Shown here one piece after another: positions 20,106-30,469 of a DNA stretch of 64,000 nt (position 1 is its first letter; every line of letters begins with the position of its first letter). Position numbers and translations under genes: made by a program. Source of the stretch: Thermoanaerobaculia bacterium (lineage in GTDB: Bacteria; Acidobacteriota; Thermoanaerobaculia; Gp7-AA8); contig DASPMO010000039.1 in NCBI GenBank assembly GCA_035627015.1, forward strand, positions 11,470-75,469, in the 5' to 3' direction. The notes below the pieces were generated by a model. It did not search any database, had not been told where the DNA came from, and saw only the letters and a program-made list of their open reading frames with translations.

Positions 20106-20546
20106 CTACCGGTCCGGCCGTCCCATCAGGCACATCACCGTCTCGGTCCCGATCGCGCACACCGTTTCGGCGCCGTCCTTCGTCACCGTCACACGGAACT
20201 CGCAGACGGTGAGGGTGCGGCCGGAGCGCACCACCTGGCCGGTGGCGCGGAGGCGGTCGCCGTCGGCGGGAGCGACCATGTTGATCTTGTACTCGACGCT
20301 GAGGACTGAGCTGTCCGTGGGCATCATCGAGTAGCCGGCGTAGCCGGCCGCGCTGTCGGCGATGATGGCCACGACGCCTCCGTGAAAGTAGCCGTGCTGC
20401 TGCGTGAGCTCGGGGCGGAACGGGAGCTCGATCTCGACGAGGCCCGGCTCGACGCGCGTCATCGTCGCGCCGAGGTAGTCCATCACGGCCTGGCGCGCGA
20501 AGCTCTCGCGCACGCGGGCTTCGAAGCCGGGATCGCGGGGCGTCAT
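20106..20546 (-). CDS. PaaI-family hotdog thioesterase
   Basis: QQHGYFHGGVVAIIADSAAGYA, SVEYKINMVAPA.GDRLRATGQVVRSGRT; ATG overlaps FAAL stop. Confidence 0.92.
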   Translation of the reverse strand: MTPRDPGFEARVRESFARQAVMDYLGATMTRVEPGLVEIELPFRPELTQQHGYFHGGVVAIIADSAAGYAGYSMMPTDSSVLSVEYKINMVAPADGDRLRATGQVVRSGRTLTVCEFRVTVTKDGAETVCAIGTETVMCLMGRPDR

Positions 20547-22135
20547 CGCGCCGACTCTACCCATTCGCGGCAGCGGTAGCGCTGGATTTTTCCGCTGGTG
20601 GTCCGGGCGATGGAGCCGCGGGGCAGCCAGTGGATGGTCACGCCGGAGATCCCGTAGGCCTCGGCCAGCACCGCGCGCGCGTGCTCCTCGACCGCGGCCG
20701 CGTCGGCGCGCGGCACCGATTCCGATTCGACCAGTACGTGGAGCATCTCCGTCTGCGAGTGTGGGTCCGGCACGCCGCACGCCGCCACGCCGCCGGCGAT
20801 CCCTCCTCCGACGATCGGCTCCACGAGAGCCTCAACCTGCACGGGACTGATGTTGCGCCCTCCGATGATGATGATGTCCTTGATCCGGCCGGTGACGTAC
20901 AGCTCCCCGCCGGAGAGATACCCGAGGTCGCCGGTGCGGAGAAAGCCATCCTCCCGTTTCAGCTCGCCGTCGCCCTCGCCCCAGTAGCCGTCGATCACGC
21001 TCGGTCCGCGCACCTCGATCTCGCCGACCTGCCGCTCGGGCAGCGGCCGGGCCTCGCGGTCGACGATCCGTACTTCATGTCCCGGAACCGCGCTGCCGAC
21101 CGAGACCACCCCCTCGTTCTCATCGACGCCGTACAGCGCATCGGGATCGGGGATCGTCACCGCCAGCGTGGCCTCGGCCAGCCCATACACCGGCAGCATG
21201 GTCTCGGGGCGGAACCCGTGACGGCCGAAGGCCTCGATGAAGCGCGCCAGCGTCGACCGGCGCACCGGCTCCGCGCCGCACAACGCCACCCGCCACGACG
21301 AGAGGTCGAGGTCTTCGACCGCGCGCCGCGCCGCGACGCGCGCGCAGACCTCGTAGGCCGAATTCGGCGCGGGCGACAAGGTGCCGCGGTGGCGGCTGAT
21401 CGTGCGCAGCCACGAGAGCTGATTGCGCACGAACGTCGCGGGATCGCTGGCCACGAGCGGACACTGCCAGCCGAGGGCGTAGGAGATGCCGATGATGCCC
21501 ATGTCGTGAAAGAACGGCAGCCACGTGACCAGGACGTCGCCGTCGCGATGGCGGATTGCCCGTCCGATCGCGTCCACGTTCGCGGCGATGTTGCGGTGCC
21601 GGACGATCGCCAGCCGCGGCGTGCGCGTCGAGCCGGACGTCGCTTGGAGATGCGCGATGGCGTGCGGATCGGCGGTGAGTGGGAGCGGCGCACCGTCGCT
21701 CTCGCAAAGCTCGTGTGCCGTCACGCACTGCAGCACTGAGAACTGCGGCGCCGGCGGCCACGACTTGCCGACGATCCACCGTGCGCCCGCGACCTGCGCG
21801 AGCTGGTCGAGTGGCGGCGCGTACGGCACGGAGGGGCGATTCGGCCGCTCGGGGCGCGGAGCGGCGACGACGATCGGCACCACGCCCGAGAAGAGCGCCC
21901 CGAAGTAGACGGCGAAGAACTCGCGCGACGTCGGCAGGGCGCCAAGGAAGCGGTCGCCGCGGCGGAGTCCGCGCGCGGCGAGCCCCGCCGCGGCGCGCGA
22001 GGCCTCGCGGTAGAGCGCCTCGTACGAGAGCGCCTCTTCCTCCCCCGCTCCGGCCACGATGCGGATCGCGGTCTGCTCCGGCGCACGCGCCAGGCTGTCC
22101 GCGAACGCATCGAGCACCGTGGCGTGGCGCATCAT
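20543..22135 (-). CDS. Fatty acyl-AMP ligase (FAAL)
   Basis: LQATSGST, WLPFFHDMGII, LCGAEPV, VYGLAEATLAV, LRTGDLGY, RTTSGKIQR. Confidence 0.9.
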   Translation of the reverse strand: MMRHATVLDAFADSLARAPEQTAIRIVAGAGEEEALSYEALYREASRAAAGLAARGLRRGDRFLGALPTSREFFAVYFGALFSGVVPIVVAAPRPERPNRPSVPYAPPLDQLAQVAGARWIVGKSWPPAPQFSVLQCVTAHELCESDGAPLPLTADPHAIAHLQATSGSTRTPRLAIVRHRNIAANVDAIGRAIRHRDGDVLVTWLPFFHDMGIIGISYALGWQCPLVASDPATFVRNQLSWLRTISRHRGTLSPAPNSAYEVCARVAARRAVEDLDLSSWRVALCGAEPVRRSTLARFIEAFGRHGFRPETMLPVYGLAEATLAVTIPDPDALYGVDENEGVVSVGSAVPGHEVRIVDREARPLPERQVGEIEVRGPSVIDGYWGEGDGELKREDGFLRTGDLGYLSGGELYVTGRIKDIIIIGGRNISPVQVEALVEPIVGGGIAGGVAACGVPDPHSQTEMLHVLVESESVPRADAAAVEEHARAVLAEAYGISGVTIHWLPRGSIARTTSGKIQRYRCREWVESAR

Positions 22136-23720
22136 GCCGGGGCCATCGCCAGCGCGGCGCGGCCGGCGCCGCGGCGGTTGCGCGAGCGCTCCAGCCAATC
22201 GGCGATGTGCCCGTACTTGCCGTCGAAATCGGCCTTGAGCAGCTCCTCCTTCAACTCGCCCGCGGCCGTGTAGTACGGCGCTTCCAGCTTCTCCAGGAAC
22301 GCGGTGTGGCGCTCGACCTCCTGCTTCTCGGCCGCCTTCAGCCGGGCCACGGCCTTGAGCCGCACCAGGCGCTTGGGCCGTTTCTCGATCTCGAAGGCGC
22401 GGACGAAGAAATCGTCCGAGCATTTGGCCAGGATGCGCTGCAGCTCGCTCGGGCGCATGTTGCGCGGGAAGATGCCGACGAACGAGAAGTGCTGATAGTT
22501 GATGTGCTCCATGATGATGCGGTGGTCCTCGACGTCCTGCCGCGCGCCGTGGAGGACGCCCTGGAACGGGTAGTCGGTGATGCAGTAGAAGTTCGGGTGG
22601 ATCATGCGCGCCTCGGCGCACCACTGCGCGGTCCGTTCGACGGCGCCGCGGTCCTGCGCGTCCGTGCCGAAGATCAGGCCGCCGTGGATGAAGATGTCGT
22701 GCTCCGCCATCTTCAGCAGCCGCGTCCTCTGCTCCCCCGCCTCGACGTTCTTGTTGAAGGCGCGGAGCACGTCCGGGTCCTCCGACTCCACGCCGAAGTA
22801 GTAGTCCTCGAACCCGGCGGCCCTGAGGTCTTCCACCAGCTCGTCGTCATCGGCGATGCTCACGCGGGTGAGGCCGATGAACTTGTACGGCGCGCCGCGG
22901 AAGGCGCGGGCAACCTCCTGGCAGAAGTCCCGGGACGTCCCGAAGTTCAGGTCGGTGACGAGGAAGCGCGTGACGCCGTTGGCCGCGTGCAGCGCATCGA
23001 CCTCGGCGCGAATGGCGGCCACGTCCTTCGGCCGGAACTGCCGCCCGAGGAGCCGCACGGCATAGCAGAACGAACAATTGAACGGACAGCCGCGCGACAT
23101 CGACACGGGCGCCCACGGCAGCGTCGGCGCGTTGCGGAGGAGCGCTGGCTGGATGGCCACGTCGAGATTGCCGTAGCGGTGCAGGTCGGTGGTGACCAGG
23201 AGCCCTTCGTCGTCGACGTAGCCGAGGTTGTGCACCGTGGAGAGATCGCCGCCGCTCTCCAGCGTCTCGATGAGCTGCAGCGCCGGGACCTCTCCCTCAT
23301 TGAAGATCACGAAGTCGACGTACTTCAGCGCCTCGTACGGCGCGAACGTGGCGTGCGGCCCTCCCATGATGGCCTTCGCGTCACGGCGCTTGCGCTTCTT
23401 CACCACCCGCATCGCGGCGAGGTTCGACCAGAAATGCGTCCCCAGGCCGGACACGAGGATGTAGTCGTACGACTCGATCGGATACTCCGCCGGGTCTTCG
23501 CCCCAGAGCATCTGCAGACGTCGAATTGCGCGTCCGGCAGGTGCTGCATGAGGAACGAGCCGACGTAATACAGCCCGTCGCTGTACGTGCCCGGCTCGTA
23601 CGAGACGTACGCCCACGACATCGAGTCGCGGGTGCGGAAGCCGCGGTGCGTGAGCTCGCTCTTGTCGCGGCGCGAGTGATGGTTGCCGAGCTGCAGCAGC
23701 AGGATCTTCAGTGGCCGCAT
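22132..23720 (-). pseudogene. Cobalamin-binding radical SAM enzyme with single-base frameshift near 23517
   Basis: MRPLKILLLQLG...LPDAQFDV in one frame continues as LQMLWGEDP...RGCPFNCSFC in another; span 1589 nt, so one added base gives 530 codons. Real mutation or sequencing error. Confidence 0.8.
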
Positions 23721-25063
23721 GATCCGTCTCCTTGTTCGAGGGTGGGCTGCAGCAGCGGGCCGGCGCCGGGCGGGCCTCCGCGTGCGGCCATCTTCCGCCG
23801 CATCACGTCCTTCATCTCGTTCTTGATGCGGCGCTGGATCCGCTCCGGATCGTTGACGTGGCGCTGCGCCCACGCCAGCACGTCCCGCGCCTCGGAGGCG
23901 GACATGTGCGGGTGGTCCCAGACGAGGTGATAGAGATCGAATTTGCTCAGGTCCGTCTCATTGATCAGCGGGGCCATGTCCCGCCACAGCTTCGTGCCGT
24001 GGAACGGCGTGAGCAGCGTGAGCTGGCAGGCGAAGAGCCCCTCGTTCGCGAGCTGGCGCACGTCGAACTGCATGTCTTCGATCGTGTCGCGCTCGAAGCC
24101 GACCATGAACGTGCCGAGGGCGCGGCGGCCGTATTGATTGAGCTCGCGGACCGTGTCGCGCACGCGATAGACGTCGTCGCGCTTGTGCACGTCGGCGTGG
24201 TTCGCGTCCTTGTACGACTCGATCCCGATGATGGCGCCGTCCATGGCCCGGTCGGTCAGCTCGCCGATGCGGCCACGGATCAGGTCCGCACGCGTGAGGC
24301 AGATCCAGGGGAGGCTGCGCTCGGCCAGCGCGTCGACCACCTTCTCCGCCAGCGGGTTGTCGAGGAAAAAGCTCTCGTCGTAGATGATCACGTGCGCCAC
24401 GCGCGCCTCGCGGTACGCGTCCAGCGCGTCGGTGATGTTCTCCATGGCGATCGCTTCTTCGCGCGGGTTGAAGATCGGGGTCGAGCAGAACGTGCAGCCG
24501 ACGTTGCAGCCGCGCTTCGAGTAGAGGTAGCCGACCGGCGAGCTCACGCCGCGGAAGCCGCTCCGCCCGAGCATGGCCGGGTGACGCACGAACGGCAGCG
24601 GACGGCCGTAGACGTACTGATGGACCGCGGCCTCGCCCGGGCCTTTGATCAGGCGGGTGAAGTGCTTCTCCAGTCCCGGGCCGATCGAGCCGTAGTTGCC
24701 GCCCCAGATCTCCTGCACGCCGGCCTCGCGCGCGGCGGTGGCCATCTCGATGGCCACGGGCGTGGACCAGGTGTAGAAGCTGATGCCGACCATGTCCCAG
24801 CGCTCGGAGTGCAGCTTGTCGAGGTACTCCTGCCAGGTCGGATACTCGAGCATCTCCACGTCGGGGACGTTGTGCTTGATGAAGCGCAGTCCCGTGGGGG
24901 GGCAGGTGACGGAGAGGCGGTCATCGACGTCGACCGCGCACGTCCAGGCCATGTACGTATCGGTCTTGTCGTACCAGTGCCCGCCGACGCCGTCCGGCTC
25001 GATGAGCGCCTCCTTTGGCGCCGTCGACAGCAGGACGCGGCGGGGAACGTTCGAAGCACTCAT
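23708..25063 (-). CDS. Cobalamin-binding radical SAM enzyme
   Basis: DMVGISFYTW...IWGGNYG B12-like domain, KRGCNVGCTFC, IYDESF, IGIES, TFMVGF, LTPFHGT. Confidence 0.88.
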   Translation of the reverse strand: MSASNVPRRVLLSTAPKEALIEPDGVGGHWYDKTDTYMAWTCAVDVDDRLSVTCPPTGLRFIKHNVPDVEMLEYPTWQEYLDKLHSERWDMVGISFYTWSTPVAIEMATAAREAGVQEIWGGNYGSIGPGLEKHFTRLIKGPGEAAVHQYVYGRPLPFVRHPAMLGRSGFRGVSSPVGYLYSKRGCNVGCTFCSTPIFNPREEAIAMENITDALDAYREARVAHVIIYDESFFLDNPLAEKVVDALAERSLPWICLTRADLIRGRIGELTDRAMDGAIIGIESYKDANHADVHKRDDVYRVRDTVRELNQYGRRALGTFMVGFERDTIEDMQFDVRQLANEGLFACQLTLLTPFHGTKLWRDMAPLINETDLSKFDLYHLVWDHPHMSASEARDVLAWAQRHVNDPERIQRRIKNEMKDVMRRKMAARGGPPGAGPLLQPTLEQGDGSCGH

Positions 25064-25081
25064 GCGCGGACTCCTTTCCGG

Positions 25082-26305
25082 TCACGATGCGCGTGACACG
25101 ATCAGGCTCGAGTTGATGCCGCCGAAGCCGACGGCGTTGATGAGGACGTTGCGCAACGCGCGCGGACGTGCCTCGGAGGCGACGTCGAAGCCGTCGCACT
25201 CCGTCCGCGGCGTGCGCAGGTTCAGCACGGGAGAGACGGTCTGGTGCTGCAGCGCCGCGATCGCGGCGGCGAGATTGAGGGGGCCGCTGGCCCCGAAGGT
25301 GTGGCCGACGTGGCCCTTGATGGAGGTGAGCGTCGGCGCGTGGCCGTTGCCGCCGAACACGGTGCGCACGGCCTCGAGCTCGCACGCGTCGCCGCGCGGG
25401 ACTCCCGAGGCGTGGGAGTAGAGACAGTCGATGTCGTGCGGGTCCATGCGGGCGTCTCGGAGCGCGCCGGCCATCGACGAGACGATGCCCGCCACGGACT
25501 GCAGCGCGATCTGCTCGCCGCCGGTGGTGGTGGCGAAGCCGGTGAGCTCGCCGAGGATGGTGGCGCCGCGTGCCAGCGCGTGCTCCCGCTTCTCGAGCAC
25601 GAACGCCGCCGCCCCTTCCCCGACGATCATCCCTTCCGCGCCGGCATCGAACGGCCGCGGAGAGGGGGGCCCGTTGGTGGCCGTGCTGAGGACACGCAGC
25701 GCCTCGAAGCCCGAGAAGGCGATCGGCGTCACCACTCCCTCGGTGCCGCCGGCGACGGCCCAGGACAACATCCCCGCCCGGATGTGCGCCACGGCCACCC
25801 CGATGGCCTGCAGCCCGCTCGCGCAGGCGCCGGCCACCGTGTATTGCGGGCCGTGCAGACCGTACGTGAGCGCGGTCATGCTCGCGGCCATGTTCGGGAT
25901 CAGGGAGGGGATGAGGTACGGCGTGATCTTGCGCGGCCCGCGTGAGTCCTGGCGGACCACGCCCGCCTCCATGTTCGGCAGGCCTCCCATGCCGACGCCC
26001 ATGAACACGCCGCCGCCGTCGTGACCGGCGATGCCGCTCTGCTCGAGCGCACCGCCCGCGGCCGCGACGGCGTAGCGGACGAAGCGATCCATCCGCTTCA
26101 GCTCGTGCGCGTAGGGGCCGGTGGCCGCCGGCAGGGCGTCGTCGTCGATCTGCGCCGCGCGGCGGCAGGCAAAGCGCTCGCTCGGAAAGCGGGTCAGCGG
26201 CCCGATCCCCGAGACGCCGTTCAGGAGCTGCTCCCAGAACGCGCCGGGCGACGCGCCGAGAGGAGTGAGCAGACCGAGACCGGTGATGACGACGCGGCAG
26301 GACAC
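25082..26305 (-). CDS. Discrete beta-ketoacyl-ACP synthase (FabF-like)
   Basis: RVVITGLG, catalytic GACASG (Cys), SHASG (His), KGHVGH (His), GEGAAAFVLE, NAVGFGGINSS. Confidence 0.92.
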   Translation of the reverse strand: MSCRVVITGLGLLTPLGASPGAFWEQLLNGVSGIGPLTRFPSERFACRRAAQIDDDALPAATGPYAHELKRMDRFVRYAVAAAGGALEQSGIAGHDGGGVFMGVGMGGLPNMEAGVVRQDSRGPRKITPYLIPSLIPNMAASMTALTYGLHGPQYTVAGACASGLQAIGVAVAHIRAGMLSWAVAGGTEGVVTPIAFSGFEALRVLSTATNGPPSPRPFDAGAEGMIVGEGAAAFVLEKREHALARGATILGELTGFATTTGGEQIALQSVAGIVSSMAGALRDARMDPHDIDCLYSHASGVPRGDACELEAVRTVFGGNGHAPTLTSIKGHVGHTFGASGPLNLAAAIAALQHQTVSPVLNLRTPRTECDGFDVASEARPRALRNVLINAVGFGGINSSLIVSRAS

Positions 26306-26311
26306 GGAGCG

Positions 26312-26575
26312 TCAGGTCGTTTCTGCCACGCCGGAAGTGCGCGTGGCGACGTAATCCACGAGGTCCTGCATCGTCTCGATGTGCTCCATGACCGTCTCGT
26401 CGAACTCCACGCCCAGGCGGTCCTCGAGATAGAGCGTCATCTCGAACAGCTTGATGGAGTCGAGGCCCGGGATCGCCGTCGCCACGCGCGATTCGGGGCG
26501 AAGGTGCGACACGTCCTGTTCGAGGTACTCCCCGATATAGCGAACGACGTCCTGAAAGAGCGAGGCATGCTCCAT
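26312..26575 (-). CDS. Acyl carrier protein
   Basis: GLDSIKLFEMTLYLEDRLGVEFD...IETMQDLVDYV; AGGAGG RBS upstream of ATG 26575. Confidence 0.88.
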   Translation of the reverse strand: MEHASLFQDVVRYIGEYLEQDVSHLRPESRVATAIPGLDSIKLFEMTLYLEDRLGVEFDETVMEHIETMQDLVDYVATRTSGVAETT

Positions 26576-26811
26576 AGGGTCCTCCTGCGCCGGATTTTCC
26601 GAGATTAACTCCATACAACGTGCGGTCCGGACTTCCTGAAGTCAAGGGGGCGGGTGCGGGGCGTGCCGGGGCAAATGCCGCCGCCTCCATGAATTTCCAC
26701 AAGACCCCAACATCTGTCCGCGCGGTCGAGTGCACTTTGATCATCAAGTGCACTGGCTTACACCACGTGGTCGACACGGACCGATTCCACGACTCTCACA
26801 GGAGGTTTTCC

Positions 26812-28074
26812 ATGCAACGGCTCTATGTCTTTGTTCTCGTACTGTTCGCCGCGCTTCCAGGATTTGCACAGTCACAGCGGCACGAACGCTTCACTGCACC
26901 GGGTCTGGACGGGCGATGGATCGAGCTCACTCGCCAGGTGCCGGGTTTCGGTGGGTATTTCTTCGATCAGAACGGGGATCTGAATGTCTACCTGACAGAT
27001 CTTCTCCATGAACCGGCCGCTCGTGCCGCACTCGCCGAAGTGGCGCGTACGCGGCCGGAGCGCTCGCACCAGCTGTGGAGTCGTCCGGCCGAAATCATCG
27101 TCCGCCACGGCCAGTTCGATTTCGCGCAACTCGACAGATGGCGAGGTCGTCTCACTGCCGCCCTCGCGGTCAATGGTGTGCATCTGCTCGACTCCGACGA
27201 AGCGGCCAACCGGATCTTTATCGCCGTGGCGGACGAGGACACCAGGCAGCGCGTGCTGACGAGAATCGGCACGCTGGGTGTGCCACGAGACGCGGTGCTC
27301 GTCGAGATTGCCCCGGCCCCATCCCTCATCGCTACCCTGCGCGATTCCATCCGGCCGCTGGTGGGAGGCCTGGAGATCGGGTTCAGCGCCGGCGTGTGTA
27401 CGCTCGGGGTGAACGTCTGGTACACGAACTGGTCGCAGGGCATCGGCGTCGGCACCCCCGGCTTCTACACGTGCTCCCACTGCAGTTCGACGTATGGCGG
27501 CACCGACGGCACCGTGTTCTCGCAAGGCGGGGCCCGGATCGGATACGAGCGATGGGATCCTCCATTCTTCACGAATGCGACGAATACACGCTGCCCGGCC
27601 GGATGGAACTGCCGCTGGAGCGACGTGGCCTTCGCGCAATACGACGCCGGAGTGAACCGCCACCAGGGGTACATCGCCCACACGTACTATGCAGGTTCCG
27701 GCGTCTGGAACCCGGGCTCGATCGACATCCATCCGAACCAGCCGGAACGGGTGTTGAACCAGACGTCCCTCCCGGTCGTGGGCAACTACCTGGAGAAGGT
27801 CGGCCGCACGACGGGACGAACCACGGGACGGGTCTCCCGCACATGCGCCGACTACTTCATCGCGGGCGGTTACGGCTTGCTCTGCCAGGATCAGGTCGAA
27901 GCGTATGCAGACGGCGGTGACAGCGGATCGCCGGTTTACCAGTGGACGGGACAGACAACCGGCGCGTTCGCAGGCATCGTCTGGGGCAAAACCGGTACAG
28001 GCGGGTTGATCCTCAGCAACCTCGATCGCATCCAGGCAGACATGGGCAACGGTGTCACGTACGGGCCAAATTAA
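26812..28074 (+). CDS. Secreted trypsin-like (S1) serine protease with prodomain
   Basis: AGGAGG RBS; signal peptide MQRLYVFVLVLFAALPGFA; CTLG, TCSHC (His), SDVAF (Asp), GGDSGSP (Ser). Confidence 0.85.
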   Translation: MQRLYVFVLVLFAALPGFAQSQRHERFTAPGLDGRWIELTRQVPGFGGYFFDQNGDLNVYLTDLLHEPAARAALAEVARTRPERSHQLWSRPAEIIVRHGQFDFAQLDRWRGRLTAALAVNGVHLLDSDEAANRIFIAVADEDTRQRVLTRIGTLGVPRDAVLVEIAPAPSLIATLRDSIRPLVGGLEIGFSAGVCTLGVNVWYTNWSQGIGVGTPGFYTCSHCSSTYGGTDGTVFSQGGARIGYERWDPPFFTNATNTRCPAGWNCRWSDVAFAQYDAGVNRHQGYIAHTYYAGSGVWNPGSIDIHPNQPERVLNQTSLPVVGNYLEKVGRTTGRTTGRVSRTCADYFIAGGYGLLCQDQVEAYADGGDSGSPVYQWTGQTTGAFAGIVWGKTGTGGLILSNLDRIQADMGNGVTYGPN

Positions 28075-28094
28075 TGGCCGGACGCATGCTCAAC

Positions 28095-28120
28095 GCAGGG
28101 CGGGCTTCAGCCCGCCCTGC
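28095..28120. repeat. Single REP-like hairpin / terminator
   Basis: GCAGGGCGGGCT-TC-AGCCCGCCCTGC perfect 12-bp stem; shares GGGCGGGCTTCAGCCCGCC with the 5872 element. Confidence 0.75.
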
Positions 28121-28168
28121 ACGTCCGCTCATCGGAAATACCCCCCGATCCACGTATGCTGTCCGCGC

Positions 28169-29617
28169 GTGAACGATCTCGATCTGCTCAGGGCAACGGC
28201 ACTGATCGACGGGGCGGCGGTCGAGGGGGGCGCCGCGATTCCGCGCCTGTCGCCCGTGGACGAGGAGCCGCTCGGGGTCCTCAGTACGAGCGACGCCACG
28301 ATCGTCGGCCAGGCGCTCGAGTCGGCGCAGCGGGCGCAGCGTGGATGGGCGCGCAGGAGCAGCATCGAGCGCGGGATGGTGCTGCGCAAATGGGCAGCCG
28401 CGCTTTCCGCCGAACGGCAACGCCTGGCGCGGCTCCTCAGCCGGGAGATCGGCAAGCCGATCCTGGAGGCCTACGGGGAAATCGACTTCGCGGCGGCGAC
28501 CCTCCAGTACTCGGCCGAGTTCGACCGCCGCCTCGACGGTGTGCTGCTGCAGCCGGAACGGCGGGACGAGCAGATGTGGATCGCCCCGGAACCGGTCGGC
28601 GTGGTGGCGGCGATCATCACCTGGAACGCGCCGATCGCGCTGGCCATGCGGAAGCTCGCCCCGGCGCTCATCGCCGGGAACGCCGTGGTGCTGAAGCCGC
28701 ACGAACTGGCCTCGTTCGCCGTACTGGACGTGGTCCGGCTCGGCCTGGGCAGCGGGATTCCCAAGGGCGTCGTCAACGTCGTCGTGGGGCCGGGTGCGCC
28801 GGCGGGAGTCGCGCTCGTGTCGAGTCCCATCCCCGGCCTGGTGACCTTCACCGGCGGCCGCAACGCCGGAAAGGCGATCGCCGCGCAGGCAGCCGAGCAT
28901 CTGCCGGCGCTGTCGCTGGAGATGGGAGGCAAGGCGCCGTTCCTCATCCTCGACGACTGCAATCTCGACGAAGCCGCGGCGGCCACGGTCGCGGCGAAGA
29001 TCCGCAATTGCGGGCAGACCTGCGTCGCCAACGAGCGTGTCCTCGTCCACCGCTCCGTCGCGGCGGAATTCCTCCAGCGGCTCACCGACCGCTTCGCGGC
29101 CTTGAAGGTCGGCGACCCGCTCGAGCGCGCGGTGCAGGTGGGGCCGAAAGTCAGCAAGGCCGAGCTGGCACGGATCGAGGGGCTCGTCGACCGCGCGCGC
29201 GCGGCCGGCGGCCAGGTCGTGTGCGGAGGCAGCCGGTTGCGCGGCGGCGCCTTCGATCGCGGGTACTGGTACGCCCCGACGCTGCTCACCGGCGTCACGG
29301 CGCGGATGGAGATCATGCAGGAGGAGATCTTCGGTCCGGTCCTGCCGGTGATGGAGGTCGAGAGCTTCGATGAAGCGCTGGCCGTGGCGAATGACTCCCC
29401 CTATGGGCTGGCCGCGTGCGTGTTCACCAGCGACGTGCGCCGGGTCATGCGCGCCTTACGCGAGCTCGAGTGCGGCGAGGTCTACGTCAACCGCCCTCCC
29501 GGCGAATCGGTGCACGGCTTTCACAGCGGGTGGAAGCAGAGCGGCGTCGGCGGCGACGACGGGATGCTCGGCCTCCGCCACTACCTGCGCCACAAGACCG
29601 TCTACCTGCGCGCGTGA
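28169..29617 (+). CDS. NAD(P)-dependent aldehyde dehydrogenase (GTG start inferred)
   Basis: IITWNAP, VLKPHE, FTGG, LEMGGKAP (Glu), NCGQTCVA (Cys), EEIFGPV. Confidence 0.93.
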   Translation: MNDLDLLRATALIDGAAVEGGAAIPRLSPVDEEPLGVLSTSDATIVGQALESAQRAQRGWARRSSIERGMVLRKWAAALSAERQRLARLLSREIGKPILEAYGEIDFAAATLQYSAEFDRRLDGVLLQPERRDEQMWIAPEPVGVVAAIITWNAPIALAMRKLAPALIAGNAVVLKPHELASFAVLDVVRLGLGSGIPKGVVNVVVGPGAPAGVALVSSPIPGLVTFTGGRNAGKAIAAQAAEHLPALSLEMGGKAPFLILDDCNLDEAAAATVAAKIRNCGQTCVANERVLVHRSVAAEFLQRLTDRFAALKVGDPLERAVQVGPKVSKAELARIEGLVDRARAAGGQVVCGGSRLRGGAFDRGYWYAPTLLTGVTARMEIMQEEIFGPVLPVMEVESFDEALAVANDSPYGLAACVFTSDVRRVMRALRELECGEVYVNRPPGESVHGFHSGWKQSGVGGDDGMLGLRHYLRHKTVYLRA

Positions 29618-29618
29618 C

Positions 29619-30434
29619 TCACGCCTTGCGGCCCGAGGTGATGTAGCCGCCGATCGAACAGAAGAAGCGGCCGGCGCCGGCGGCGGCGTGGAGCGATTCG
29701 AGCCAGCGGGCGGCGCGCTCCGCCTCGAGCAGGCCGCGGTCCACGGCCAGTTTCACCGAGGCGGTGAGATCGAACGCGCTCTCGACCAGCGGCAGATCGG
29801 TGAGGTTTCGGATGAGCGGAGTCGACTCCACGTCCGTGACGCCCCCCTCGTGGAACATGCCGTAGAGATGGTGACCGATCGCGCCGTTGTGAAAGTGATC
29901 GCAGATCAGGCGCTGCATGATGCGGCTGGTGTCGTAGTCGGGCGCGTCGATGACGAAGAGATCGAGGTCGCCTTCCCAGATCACGATCCGCCCTCCCGGC
30001 CTGGCGATGCGGATCATCTCGCGAAGCCCCGCGCCGGCATCGGGCGTGTGCTGCAGCAGGCGCTCCGCGCGGACGCCGTCGAACGAGGCGTCGGCGAACG
30101 GCAGGCGATGCACAGCCCCGAGGACGAAGCGCGCCTGCGACTGCTGGGCGCGCGACCTCTCGGAGGCGGAGGCGATCATGGTCGCGCTGAGGTCGACGCC
30201 GACGGCACGTCCCTCCGGCCCGACGCGCGACTCCATCGCGCGGACGTCCTCCCCGGTCCCGCAGCCGACGTCGACCACCGCCTGGCCGGGCTGCGGGTCC
30301 ATCAGGGCGAGGGTGCGGCGCTTGATCTCCTGGAAGAAATCGGTCGTACGAATGGTGTCGAGATATTGAACGAAATCGCTCGGGTCGGTCGTGTTGTCGA
30401 CGGAGCCGAACTCGCGCCGAAAAGACTTGGTCAT
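29619..30434 (-). CDS. Class I SAM-dependent methyltransferase (UbiE-like)
   Basis: VDVGCGTGED, GVDLSATMI, LPFADASFD, RAERLLQH, RIARPGG. Confidence 0.9.
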   Translation of the reverse strand: MTKSFRREFGSVDNTTDPSDFVQYLDTIRTTDFFQEIKRRTLALMDPQPGQAVVDVGCGTGEDVRAMESRVGPEGRAVGVDLSATMIASASERSRAQQSQARFVLGAVHRLPFADASFDGVRAERLLQHTPDAGAGLREMIRIARPGGRIVIWEGDLDLFVIDAPDYDTSRIMQRLICDHFHNGAIGHHLYGMFHEGGVTDVESTPLIRNLTDLPLVESAFDLTASVKLAVDRGLLEAERAARWLESLHAAAGAGRFFCSIGGYITSGRKA

Positions 30435-30469
30435 GAGGTGGATTCGTAGTATACGCGGTCGACGGGCGC

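Noticed and set aside
25082-26575. Housekeeping fabF/acpP or aromatic type II PKS
   Set aside because: No fabG/fabD context, divergent ACP, no chain-length factor or cyclases
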